Source: Chloropicon primus
Taxonomy: Eukaryota
DNA: 64,000 nucleotides
Direction of reading: 5' to 3'
NCBI GenBank assembly: GCA_023205875.1
Contig: CP060763.1
Coordinates: 682,001-746,000 of the forward strand
Shown: in pieces, positions 1 through 9,843 of the stretch
Numbering within the stretch: the stretch's first letter is position 1
How the letters are laid out: the number at the start of each line of letters is the position of its first letter
The notes under the pieces: model-generated
Seen by the model: the letters and a program-made list of their open reading frames with translations, nothing else
What the model was told of the DNA's origin: nothing
Database searches by the model: none
Program-made: the position numbers and the translations under genes

Positions 1-2169
1 TCCAGCTGCCACCAGGCTCAACCCGGCTTCTGTTTCCTTGAAGCACAGCACGGGCAAAGGCGCATGGTGGATGGGCGCGTAAAGCGAGAACGTGCAGCTC
101 TCTCCGGAGCGCATGAACTTCTGGTTCTTGTGCTTGTCCACGTTTGGCGCGCTGTCTGAGATGATGGGCCGCCCTCTGAACATTCGAATCCCGGTGTAGA
201 ACACGAGGTCATCCTTGTTCGCGAGGGGCTCTTCGTACGAGGAGGACTTGTGCACCGCGAAATTCACCATAGACATCTTGGTCTCGTGCTGCAGGAGCCC
301 GAAGATGACGTAAGGAGTGGAGCCCCGAGACCCCTGGAAGGCTTCCAGCAAGGCCTCGGCCTTTTCTGGCGGAATTCCAGTGAAAACAAGCTTAACGTGC
401 TCCCCCTTTGTGACCAGATCCGGCCTCCTGCTCGCGAACCCCGCCGCAGGCGCCCTAAGCTTGGCCTTTGCCTGCTTCTGAGCTTTGACCGGGTTCTCGA
501 AGGCGTATATCTTGGCATACTCCATCGGCAGGCTCTCCTTGGGATCCCAAGGAGACGTTCTGAAACTTTTCAGGCCCCTGTACTTCAAGAACCTCTCCCT
601 GGCCGGCTTGTCCAGGGGGACCTCCACCTCATCAGGGAACTCCAGGTCCTCGTTCTCGGCATCCTTCCTCGACTTCCTCTCTCTCTCGTAGTTGTCGACA
701 TAGTCATCCATGTTCTCGTACTCGTCCTCTTCCTCGCCGACATCCCCTTCGTCCTCCGACATGATCTCGATCTCCCCGTGGTGATCCCCAAGATTGTCCG
801 CGGGGTGCTTGAAATGGCTCGCACCCGGGTCGTTTCCCTCGTCCTCTTCGTCGGTCGTGTCCTCGAACTCCATCTCGTCCGAGAAATCGTCGTCCTCCTC
901 GTCGATCCAAGCGGACTGGTACTCGCTGAAGCCCTTTGGGACGCTCCTTGACGAAAGCCTGTGAGTCTTGGTGGCCTGCAGCTGCATCTCCTCCGCCTCC
1001 CGCATCTCCTCCTCTGTCGGCCAGGTCTGCTCGCCAGCCAAGGGGTCGGGAACGTTCTCCCTCGCCAAGCTCTCCAGCTGGGACTTGTCCGCAACCACCA
1101 GAGTCTTGGTGTCCTCGTCCATCAGGGACGCGCCTTCCGCCTTTCCCTTTTTCCTTGCCTTGGTGAAAGGGTCGTCTTCCTGGTCGATCCTTTCTACGTG
1201 GTACTCTCCTATCCCAGGAAGCAAAAACGCCTGGTTTGCGGACAAGTTTTGGCCCCTGACGTACCCGGTGAGAGACACTCGGACCTGGTTTCCGTTAGGG
1301 AAAACCTCGCAACCTTCGGTGATCAAGTAAGGCCTCTGCTTCCTCCACACGGGAACGATCTGCTTGTGCTCCTTGAGCATTCTGAAGAGGTGCAGGCAGT
1401 CCTGGTTCGAGTCCAGGGGCAAGCAGTTCACGCTATCCCTGACCTGCTCGGTGAAGACTTTTGTGGCTCTCTTCTTCTCTCTCGCCTTCTCCGAGAGCCC
1501 GAGCCCCGCCATGCCCTGCACGCAGCAATACACGTTCGGCAAGCTGAACGCCCGGAGCGCCTCGCACATCGAGAGCGCGAGGGGGTCCATCACCTCCGCC
1601 TCCTCTTCCTTCCCGCTGCCACCTGCCTTGGTCACAAACAGCACGATGTCCGCTATCTTAATGTAGTCCAGGAGCCTGATGAGGGTGGCAGACCGGAGGG
1701 CTCCGCGCTCCGAAGCCCTCTGGAACGGGGGCAAGATCCTCACCCGGACTTTGACGTCAGGAACGCAGAAGGTCTCCTCCCCCGAGTGCTCCACTTTGGT
1801 GCCCATGAAAGCATCCCCGTTGTTGTCCTCCATCCTTGCTCCCACGGTGGCGGCCGTCCTCAGGAGCTCGTGAGCCTCCTCCAGGTTCACTTGGTCGGTG
1901 CATGGTATAATCGCGATCACCTTGGGCGGTCCGTGTGTCGACAACCTCTTCTCCCTCAGGGTCTTCTCCCTCAACTTTTCGCGGTGACTCTTCGCGGCCT
2001 GCAGCCTCGCCCTCCTCGTTCCCTGCACGTTGCTGCCATGCCTGTTGGCCGTGTTTTGTTTTATCCCCATCCGCCTCGGGGCCTCATCGTTGTTCCTGTG
2101 TCTCTTCCTCCCGCCCTTGTGAACCTTGTGCGTCTGGCCCGCTTGCCCTGCACCTCCGTGGCGAGCCAT
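1..2169 (-). CDS. TSR1: Pre-rRNA-processing protein TSR1 (40S biogenesis, BMS1/TSR1 family); 3' end runs off the window
   Basis: ATG at 2169 (MARHGGAGQ..). The basic N-terminus RRARLQAAKSHREKLREKTLREKR, then GPPKVIAIIP and LLDYIKIADIVLFV. The same frame at the window edge gives KMSMVNFAVHK..KDDLVFYTGIRMFRGRPIIS..DKHKNQKF..YAPIHHAPLPVLCF, typical of the TSR1 C-terminal domain. It is missing from the ORF track, consistent with having no stop inside the window. Confidence 0.88.
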   Translation of the reverse strand, partial: MARHGGAGQAGQTHKVHKGGRKRHRNNDEAPRRMGIKQNTANRHGSNVQGTRRARLQAAKSHREKLREKTLREKRLSTHGPPKVIAIIPCTDQVNLEEAHELLRTAATVGARMEDNNGDAFMGTKVEHSGEETFCVPDVKVRVRILPPFQRASERGALRSATLIRLLDYIKIADIVLFVTKAGGSGKEEEAEVMDPLALSMCEALRAFSLPNVYCCVQGMAGLGLSEKAREKKRATKVFTEQVRDSVNCLPLDSNQDCLHLFRMLKEHKQIVPVWRKQRPYLITEGCEVFPNGNQVRVSLTGYVRGQNLSANQAFLLPGIGEYHVERIDQEDDPFTKARKKGKAEGASLMDEDTKTLVVADKSQLESLARENVPDPLAGEQTWPTEEEMREAEEMQLQATKTHRLSSRSVPKGFSEYQSAWIDEEDDDFSDEMEFEDTTDEEDEGNDPGASHFKHPADNLGDHHGEIEIMSEDEGDVGEEEDEYENMDDYVDNYERERKSRKDAENEDLEFPDEVEVPLDKPARERFLKYRGLKSFRTSPWDPKESLPMEYAKIYAFENPVKAQKQAKAKLRAPAAGFASRRPDLVTKGEHVKLVFTGIPPEKAEALLEAFQGSRGSTPYVIFGLLQHETKMSMVNFAVHKSSSYEEPLANKDDLVFYTGIRMFRGRPIISDSAPNVDKHKNQKFMRSGESCTFSLYAPIHHAPLPVLCFKETEAGLSLVAAG

Positions 2170-2292
2170 CGTGAACGAAAACTGGCGGCTCCTCTCTCTT
2201 CTCTGCAGATCGGATCGGGATCGAGAGGAGGAGGAGGGAGGAAAGGAGAGGAGAGAGGAGGGGGATGACTTTGATGGGAAGGGGAAGAGGGG

Positions 2293-2489
2293 AGGGTTTG
2301 ATCTTGGTCCCTGGCGGATCCAACGCTGGTCTGCTGATCTCCTTCTTGACCCCCCCTGCCTGCCTGGAGAGAGAAGAGGAGAGAGGAGGGGGATGATGAA
2401 TGGATGGATGGGAAGGAGTGTGGAGTGGAGGGTTGGGACACGGTGGATCGAGAAGGGTTTGATCTTGGTCCCTGGCGGATCCAACGCTG
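2293..2489. repeat. 36-bp perfect direct repeat (2293-2328 and 2454-2489)
   Basis: agggtttgatcttggtccctggcggatccaacgctg occurs twice between Tic20 and TSR1. Confidence 0.9.
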
Positions 2490-2545
2490 CTGGGCTTGGT
2501 GGGAAGGGTCTGAGGGTTGAAACATGCACACGGCGGATTCATGGA

Positions 2546-3446
2546 TTACATGACTTGCCTGTCTGCCGCGTCCGCGACTCCGGGCAGTCTTGCTTGCTCC
2601 CCCGCTAGACTCGCGGCGACGCCGTACAGGAAGCAGACCGCCACGTACAAGAACACGAAGTTGTAACTCGTGATGAGGAACTGCAGGTAGGCTCCAGATT
2701 TCGGGACGTCCCGAAGCAAAAAGTTTTCGAGCAGGCTGGGAACTGAAGAGAGTCGACACGGCAGAACGAACGAAGAATCAATGCAAGTCAGCCTCCCACT
2801 CGTGCCATCATGGGAGAGAGAGCGCACACGTACCTATGAGCAAAATGTCCAGGAGAATGGTTTGCATCGCCTGGAACCTAATGAAGCGCGAGAAGTTGTA
2901 GTTCTGTACAATCCCGTAGTACAGCCCGAAGAAGACGACCAAGGAGGCGAACGGCAAGGTGTAGTACGCCTTGATGAGTGGCTGAAGCGGTGCAAGGAGG
3001 ACGTACGCCTGGGGGAACTCCATGAAAAAGAATTTGCCATAGCGCAGTCCGTCAAGAAGAGGGAGGAGGTAAGGGACGCACGCAATGATGCGGTCCCCGA
3101 AATCGGGCTTGGCCTGCGCAACGACGCCCCCTCGCTTCCTCGGCGACGAGCCGATGCCACCTGCCCCTGAGCCACCTCCACAAAAAAAGCTTGACTCCCT
3201 CAGGGTCCTCTCTCTCAACTTCTCGCGGTGACTCTTCGCGGCCTGCAGCCTCGTCCTCCTCGTTCCCTGCACGTTGCTGCCATGCCTGTTGGCCCTCCCC
3301 AAATGTACCAAGTTCCCCGGCCTCGCAGGGAGCGCCGCCTTCGCCCTGACGATTCCTGCAGCTCCCCTCTTCCGCTCGCCCCTCCCTTGGCCCCTCCTGG
3401 CCGTCCCGAGGGACCTCGTCCTCGACACAGGGGACACAGACTCCAT
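2546..3446 (-). CDS. TIC20: Tic20-family chloroplast inner-envelope import protein; 2 exons (3446-2834, 2742-2546)
   Basis: DRIIACVPYLLPLLDGLRYG..FFGLYYGIVQNYNFSRFIRFQAMQTILLDILLI, then a GTACGT..CAG intron (2833-2743), then C-terminal GEQARLPGVADAADRQV. The N-terminal extension is Arg/Ser/Gly-rich. Confidence 0.9.
3195..3294 (-). repeat. 100-bp duplicate of TSR1 coding segment 1951-2050
   Basis: Ungapped alignment by eye gives 96/100 identities in the same orientation and reading frame. Confidence 0.95.
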
Positions 3447-3564
3447 GGCGCTGGCAGCTTTCTCTTATCCGCTCGACGCGCGACGGGGATATGGATATGG
3501 ATATGAGGGTGAGGGCGGAGGGAGAGAAGAACTCGGCTGTAATGGATGGGTGCGTGCCTTAGAC

Positions 3565-5940
3565 TTAGAATTTGATGTTGTTAGATTTGATGGCCACGCT
3601 GATCTCCTCCAGGATGGTCGTGATAGCGTTGTAGTTTTCTGTGATCTCAAACTCGGGAGCTGCCTTTGGAGTCGGAGGTGCGGGAAGGGAGTGAAACATC
3701 TCCAGCTGAGAGGTCAATTCCTTGAGCTCTTGGTTGGACTGCTGAATCTCCTGCATCATCCTCATCTTCTTTTGGTCTTGATCGGACTCCGCCATTTTCT
3801 TCCTTTCCTCCTGCGTCGTTTTCAAAGGCTCCGCAGCTCGGCGCTCCTGCTTCTCCTCCGCGACCACCGCAACCGGACCCTTCTCCTGCGGCTGGTCCGA
3901 AGAAGCCAGAGCCTTCCTCAGCAGCTGGCAGCCAGGGAATCGCAAGATCTTGTACTTGAGCAAGTCCTTGGGCTCCTCCGCCTCCAAGGGCTGGTAGCCC
4001 TTGTGCTGCCAGAACTCCTTGATCTCCCCGAGCGCGGGCAGCACGAGGTGCGACACCCCCAGCTCCCTCAAGTGGCTCTCCAGCTCCCTCATCGTGCGCG
4101 TCGAGTACCCCTTGCCCCTGTGGGCGAACGGAACGGCAATGAAGGGCATCTCGCAGAAACGAGAACCCAGTATGCGGACCGTGGCGACACAGAGGACCTC
4201 CGCCTCCGAGCTGACGAGGGCGAAGCACACGAAGCCGCTGAAGTCGTGCAGCCCGCAGCTCTTCCCCCTGACGATCAGGGGGAGGAGGTTCTTCTGCGTC
4301 CTCGCGTCTTTCATGGGCAAGAAACACTCGGAAATCACGTTGGCGCACCTCCTCAGCAGTTTCCTTTTCAACTCCATCTCCTCCGTGGTCCTCTTCACCT
4401 TCCTGTCCTCGCGGTTGTCCAAGAACATGGTGAGGTGCTCCTCCCCACCCAAGCTTGTGGTGGCCCTCATCACCCTCGTTTGACCCGTTCGGCACAAGGA
4501 AGCCACCTTGTCGCTGAGGTCCTTGCACTCCTTGCCGCAGAACCAGTCCCCCTTGGGCAGCTGCTTCATGTCCTTGTCCACGCAGCCCGCGTGGAACTCC
4601 CTCTGGCACTGGTCGCAGATCATCATGGTGTGGGGGTCCAGCCTCGTCTTCCCGAAGCTTGACACGCCGTGGCCGTACAGGGCGCCCCCGGTGTGGCTGG
4701 GCTCCCCGGGCTTGACGTCTTGCGCCCCCGGCGCCGTATGACCGCCCGCCCCCCCCACGAGGAGCGGGTCGGTCGAGTTCACGTGAGACTTTTGGCACAC
4801 GCAGCACCTGCAGGACGGGCAGAACCAGTCGCCCTCGGGGATCGAATCCAAGCCGACGCACTTTATGTGGAAAGCCCCCGGGCAACCCTCGCAGCAGATG
4901 AGCTCTCCCCCATCGCAGCAGACCCTGCACAAGTCGTCGTTCCAATCCAAAGTCATCTGCATGTGGCTGACGGGCCTCGAGAGGCACTCGAACTGCCTCC
5001 TCTTGTAGCTGGGCTTCCTGTTCCTCTTGCCCAGGACGACGTTCGTGGGTGGGTTCGTGGGGTGGGAGGCCACCACGCTCGCGGCTCCCGAGGAGCTCGC
5101 CGCCGTCGCCGACCCACCCCTGGCGGGGGGCTGGCCCTCCAGCAGAAGGCTCAGCGCCATCAGGTTGCTCCCGTCCGCCTTGTACATGTGGTAGCACGGC
5201 TTCTTCGCGCCACTCCCCGCGTTCTTCTCAAATTTTTGGTCGTTGACGTACTTGCTCGTCTTCGCGCAGAGGATCAGGCCGGACTGGCCGTCGACCTTCC
5301 CGACGTTCAGGACCTCGAAGTTGGACCTGGAGCGGTAGAAGACCACCTCCCCGTCCTTCAGGGCGCCGGCCTTGATCAGCCGAGTGAACCTGGAGTTCAC
5401 CATGGGCACCCTCGGCTTCTTGGGTTGCTTGCCCAGCAGCAGCGCGCCCCCGAGGATCCCCCCGGAGCCGTTCGCCAGCGAGGTCGAGGGAGCTCCGCTG
5501 GCGGGCCCCCTCGACGACGGTCCCCTCCCCTCCTCCGTCAGCTTCACCTTCTTCGTGGTGCCGTTCCCCAGGTTGCTCGTCAGGTGGTCCGTCTTCGTCG
5601 CCGCGAGCACGACCCCGTCCCCGATGCAGTTCCCCTCCCTGTCCCTCTTGGTCTTGATCGTCCCGTTCTGCCTCTTGAGCGTGGCCTCGTGGTCGCAGCA
5701 CGACGCCTCCACCAACGTCCCCCGCTTCGTCACACGCATGACCTTCCTCTCCCCACTACTCGTGTTTTTGTTTTTGTTTTTGTTGTTGTTTCGGTCCTTC
5801 TCCTTCTCCTTCTCCTTCTCCTTCTCCTTCTCCTTCTCCTCCGCCTCCCGCCCCAGCGTCCCTCCCCCCTCCTCCACGCGCATCGCCATGGCCTCCTCCG
5901 CTCTGCACTGAGGGGACCCCTTCGTTCTCGCGCTCCGCAT
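3565..5940 (-). CDS. PHD-finger/GNAT histone acetyltransferase (IDM1/ROS4-like, with Tify-binding-like domain)
   Basis: NDDLCRVCCDGGELICCEGCPGAFHIKC..PEGDWFC (PHD1); MICDQCQREFHAGC..WFC (PHD2); GNAT segment VLCVATVRILG..CEMPFIAVPFAHRGKGY..LVLPA..FWQHKGY; upstream KFEKNAGS..KKPCYHMY. The start may be ATG 5889. Confidence 0.85.
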   Translation of the reverse strand: MRSARTKGSPQCRAEEAMAMRVEEGGGTLGREAEEKEKEKEKEKEKEKDRNNNKNKNKNTSSGERKVMRVTKRGTLVEASCCDHEATLKRQNGTIKTKRDREGNCIGDGVVLAATKTDHLTSNLGNGTTKKVKLTEEGRGPSSRGPASGAPSTSLANGSGGILGGALLLGKQPKKPRVPMVNSRFTRLIKAGALKDGEVVFYRSRSNFEVLNVGKVDGQSGLILCAKTSKYVNDQKFEKNAGSGAKKPCYHMYKADGSNLMALSLLLEGQPPARGGSATAASSSGAASVVASHPTNPPTNVVLGKRNRKPSYKRRQFECLSRPVSHMQMTLDWNDDLCRVCCDGGELICCEGCPGAFHIKCVGLDSIPEGDWFCPSCRCCVCQKSHVNSTDPLLVGGAGGHTAPGAQDVKPGEPSHTGGALYGHGVSSFGKTRLDPHTMMICDQCQREFHAGCVDKDMKQLPKGDWFCGKECKDLSDKVASLCRTGQTRVMRATTSLGGEEHLTMFLDNREDRKVKRTTEEMELKRKLLRRCANVISECFLPMKDARTQKNLLPLIVRGKSCGLHDFSGFVCFALVSSEAEVLCVATVRILGSRFCEMPFIAVPFAHRGKGYSTRTMRELESHLRELGVSHLVLPALGEIKEFWQHKGYQPLEAEEPKDLLKYKILRFPGCQLLRKALASSDQPQEKGPVAVVAEEKQERRAAEPLKTTQEERKKMAESDQDQKKMRMMQEIQQSNQELKELTSQLEMFHSLPAPPTPKAAPEFEITENYNAITTILEEISVAIKSNNIKF

Positions 5941-6590
5941 CTGGTGATTTCAGACCCTAGGAGAATGAACGTGATGGGGAGAATTCCTGACGAATCTCTA
6001 GGAGAACGAACGTCACGAAGAGATGATTCAAAACGAGCCCTGGCGCCAAGGGGAAAACCGGAGCGGGGCCAAGGCGACGCCTTGGAGGAAGGGAGGAGAC
6101 CACCTTGGCTTGGCTTGGCTTGGGGACGAGGAAGAGGAAGAGGAAGAGGAAGACAACTGCCTTGGACCAAAGGAGGGGAGAAGGAGACACCAACACCAAC
6201 GAAGGACAGGGAGTCACGGGGGTGCCTTTTGGGGTGGGGTTGGGGTTGTTTGGAGGGGGAAGGAGGCCTGGCTTGAGAGGAGAGGAGAGGGGAGGGGAGG
6301 CACAACAGGAGGAGGGACGACGGGACTGGAATCGTGAGTGAGTGAGTGGTTTTTTTTTGTTGTTTCTGGTGGATTGATTCGAACGAGAGAGAGGAAGGCT
6401 GAGTCCCAGGGAAGAAGAAGAGTTCGTCCTCCTTGCGGAGGGGCAACGGGCTGAGGATCTTGGTTTTTGTGTCGCCACCACCGCCTCGGAGGGAAACGGT
6501 GGCAAAGAGGGGCTCGCTCCAGCGCGCTCCAGCTTGCTCGGCGTGAGCTTTTCCGAAGGAAGTGAAGAGGAAGAGGACGACGCGGACCAG

Positions 6591-7664
6591 ATGACCACGC
6601 CAACCCACCACCGCACGAACAGCAAGTACCTGCCCAAGGACTGGCTCGTTCCGGGTCTGGAGGGTCCGCAGACGCAGAAGGCGAAGAAGGTCGTGACGAT
6701 CGTGGTATGCGTGCTCTGGTACACGACGAACATAAGCGTCGTGCTGTTGAACAAGGCGCTCCTGACGACGTTCGAGTTCAAGAAGCCCGTGATCCTGACG
6801 CTGTGCCACATGCTGACATGCTCGATACTGAGCTACTTTATGAGCCTGACGAAGATCTTCCCGAGGCAGTACGTCCAGACTAGATCACAATTCATAAAGA
6901 TATGCACGTTGGCTGGGGTCTTCGTGACTTCCATTGTGCTGGGAAACGTGTCGCTGAGGTACATCCCCGTGTCCTTCAACCAGGCGATCGGGGCGACGAC
7001 GCCTTTTTTCACCGCCATGCTCGCCGCGATCATCCAGGCGAAGTTCGAGTCCAAGGTGACGTACATCTCCCTCATACCGGTGGTGGTTGGGATCATCATC
7101 ACCACGGGGGGGGAGCCCTCCTTCCATACGTTTGGGTTCCTGGCTTGCGTAGCGGGGACGTTCTGCCGCGGGCTCAAGTCCGTCATGCAAGCGGTCTTGC
7201 TCTCCTCGGAGAACGAGAAGATGAGCTCCATGAACTTGCTCATGTACATGTCACCGGTGGCCGTCCTCATCCTGATATTCGTGGCCGCGATCGTGGAGCC
7301 CACGGGCGTGTACGACACGATCGAGCTGATCAAGAACCCGTTCTTCTGCTTCATCCTGTGGGCGAACTGCGTTTTGGCCTACTGCTTGAACTTGCTGAAC
7401 TTTCTGGTCACGAGGTACACGAGCGCCCTGACTCTGCAGGTCCTGGGCAACGGCAAGGGTGTCGTTGCTGCCGCCGTCTCGATCATGATCTTCAAGAACC
7501 CAGTGACCTTGATGGGAATGATCGGCTACTTCATCACGATCTCTGGGGTAGTCGCGTACAGTGAGTCCAAGAAGAGGAGCAACAGGCCGAGGAGCCTCAG
7601 CAGGGGAGAGGGGGTAATGAAGGACACGCGACCCATCCTCAACCAGCCCAAGGTCCCGTGCTGA
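6591..7664 (+). CDS. Nucleotide-sugar / triose-phosphate transporter (TPT/DMT) family
   Basis: WYTTNISVVLLNKALL..LTLCHM..GNVSLRYIPVSFNQAIGATTPFFTA..TSALTLQVLGNGKGVVA, with multiple TM segments. Confidence 0.92.
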   Translation: MTTPTHHRTNSKYLPKDWLVPGLEGPQTQKAKKVVTIVVCVLWYTTNISVVLLNKALLTTFEFKKPVILTLCHMLTCSILSYFMSLTKIFPRQYVQTRSQFIKICTLAGVFVTSIVLGNVSLRYIPVSFNQAIGATTPFFTAMLAAIIQAKFESKVTYISLIPVVVGIIITTGGEPSFHTFGFLACVAGTFCRGLKSVMQAVLLSSENEKMSSMNLLMYMSPVAVLILIFVAAIVEPTGVYDTIELIKNPFFCFILWANCVLAYCLNLLNFLVTRYTSALTLQVLGNGKGVVAAAVSIMIFKNPVTLMGMIGYFITISGVVAYSESKKRSNRPRSLSRGEGVMKDTRPILNQPKVPC

Positions 7665-7939
7665 TGGGCCGCGAGAAAGACTCAGGCGGGTCGAGCAATA
7701 AAAAAGAGAGATGAAGGCAAAGGAACTTGGTGGCCGAGACAAAAACCTAAACCTAAACAACCAGCAGTGGGTGGGGCGCACACCCTCAGTTCCTCCTTTG
7801 AAACAACAATAACAACATAACAACATCTATTTTACAGGACAAGAAAGAAAGAAAGTTCTACTCTTGTACTAGGGTTTTTACTCGCCGCATGCTTGGTCCA
7901 CCCTAAACTCGATAACACTCAACTCCAAGAGTCTCCGCC

Positions 7940-8632
7940 TCACTTGTTGATGCCAAAGATTCTCACCGTGTGCATCTGTGGCATCTTTGCGATAAGGACA
8001 GCAAGCAGCGACATCACGTTCAGAAGCAGGGGCTGCTCCCTGAAGTCCGACGAGTTGGTCGCGATGATGAAACTGCACCACCAACAACAACAAGGAAGAC
8101 GAATATGTGCCTTGGTCAGTTCGCAAGTCAAGAACCAGGTGGGCAGAGTCCCCGTCGTCGAGGGGCGGTCTCCCTGGGTGGGGTTCCGAAAGACTTACAT
8201 AGCTATGGGAATGATTGTGAAGAACTTCTTGTTGTCTGTGAACTGAGACCCGCCGTCCACTTGTTCCCAGAACGTCAGGTGGTCATACTTTCCCTGGTCG
8301 TAGTACACGGGCGTCCCTTTCTTCCAATGTAGCAAGTAGAACGTTACCGAGTTGTGAATCAAGTTGACGTAGGTCCAAGCCAACCCGATAGGGACGGCGG
8401 TGGACACCATGAGCCACAGCACCAAGACAATGGTGACATAGAAAGTCCAGAACGCTGAAGCACAGACAGACGAGAAACAAAGGTGGCGTGTCAGCTTTCC
8501 AAAAGCCAAAGGAAAAGTCCAAAACTCGTCGTGTTCTTTTTAGGAAGCAGGCCGTGTGAAACACCTACATTTTCGATTGACCCACTCCACATTCGCGTTC
8601 AGCTGGGGGCTGCTTTCGATTCTTTTTATCAT
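7940..8632 (-). CDS. ORM1: ORM1/ORMDL sphingolipid-synthesis regulator; 3 exons (introns 8568-8455, 8198-8073)
   Basis: NANVEWV..AWTYVNLIHNSVTFYLLHWKKGTP..DQGKYDHLTFWEQVDGGSQFTDNKKFFTIIP..IAKMPQMHTVRIFGINK. The GT-AG introns restore the frame. Confidence 0.9.
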
Positions 8633-9843
8633 CCTGACCGGCACAAAGTCTTTTTTCTCTCTCGTCCCTTGCGCGCTTCGCTTCAACCACCTCGCTTCAA
8701 CCCCCGCCCCCCACGCGGTTCGGTTCGCCCTCGACCTCCTTCCAATGTTCCGTCCTGTTGGTTCGGAACGCGGCGTCAGTCGTGAGTCGTCAGTCGTCAG
8801 TCGTGAGTCGTCTCCCTTCCTTGTCTGGCGCGAGTTGTCTGCGACGGGTTGTCTCCGGCAATGCTTTCCGCAAGCGCGTGCGAAGAGACCCAAGACCTCG
8901 AGCGTCCTTACCTTGTCACGATGCAGCTTGAGCGTTTTCGTCGTTTGTCTGTACGCTACGACACGTGTGCTGAGACAAACGCCTTGTCCTTGTATGGTGT
9001 GTGTGTCGTGGCGCACAACCCCTGGCCTCCTCGTTCGTCACGGTCTTCCGTCGTCACCAAGCTTGGTCAAGGTCTTGGGTGAACGAAGGACAAAGAAGAG
9101 TGAGGGGTTGAGTTACGTTCGTTCCCCTGGGGTTCCTACACCAGAAAGCTTCTTGAGGGGGGACAGGAAAGAGGGAACCAGGCCAGGACCCCAAGAAAAG
9201 GTCGCCCACAGCCCAAAGGTGGAGTCTTGGGATGGGATCCACAATCCACTCCCACTCCCACTCCTTGAGTCAATTATCCAATCTTGTTCTGTTCTTGTTC
9301 TTGTTCTCAGAAAAGAAAAGAAAAAGAAAAGAAGCGTCGTGGAAAGGAATAGGAAGAGGAAGAGGGAGGGATTGCCTTAATGCTTTTGGACGACAGCACA
9401 AGTGCAAACCCACACTTCTTCTTCTTCCTCCTCCTCCTCCTCCCTTTCCCTTTCCCTTTCCCTCGTCCCTCTGGCTTTTCCTTGGAAGATCCTCAAAGCT
9501 GGAGTTCAAGGGGTGAACTGGAGACAGGAGACAGCCAAGGCCAAGGCCAAGGCCAAGGCAGGACGGCAGAGACGACGAGTGCTGCGCAAAAGGTTGCGTC
9601 TCAAGAGCGACTTGCATTGCCACCCTTGCTCGAACCTTCGGGTGCCTCGGGGGAGGGACAAGGTCCGAAACGAGAGAGAGAGAGAGAGAGGTGGTGGTGG
9701 TGGTGGTGGTGTGCAGGAGGGGGGGACAAGATCTGGGGGAGCGGTGGCACCCGAGGCGTGGTCGAGGCGGTGCGGGCCTGGGAGAATGTGCGGGTAGAAA
9801 GGGCAGGAGAAGCGTAAGGTCTGAAGAGAGTCTGTGAAAGGTA

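Noticed and set aside
250..2268. Long plus-strand ORFs (233 and 435 aa), and similar antisense ORFs across the window
   Set aside because: They are shadow ORFs opposite real GC3-rich genes (here TSR1) and have no recognisable motifs.
2293..2489. 36-bp direct repeat as a CRISPR array
   Set aside because: There are only two copies, the 125-bp spacer is low-complexity, the context is eukaryotic and there are no cas genes.
8640..9840. ORFs between ORM1 and GT29
   Set aside because: They are low-complexity, microsatellite-derived translations typical of UTR/promoter DNA.
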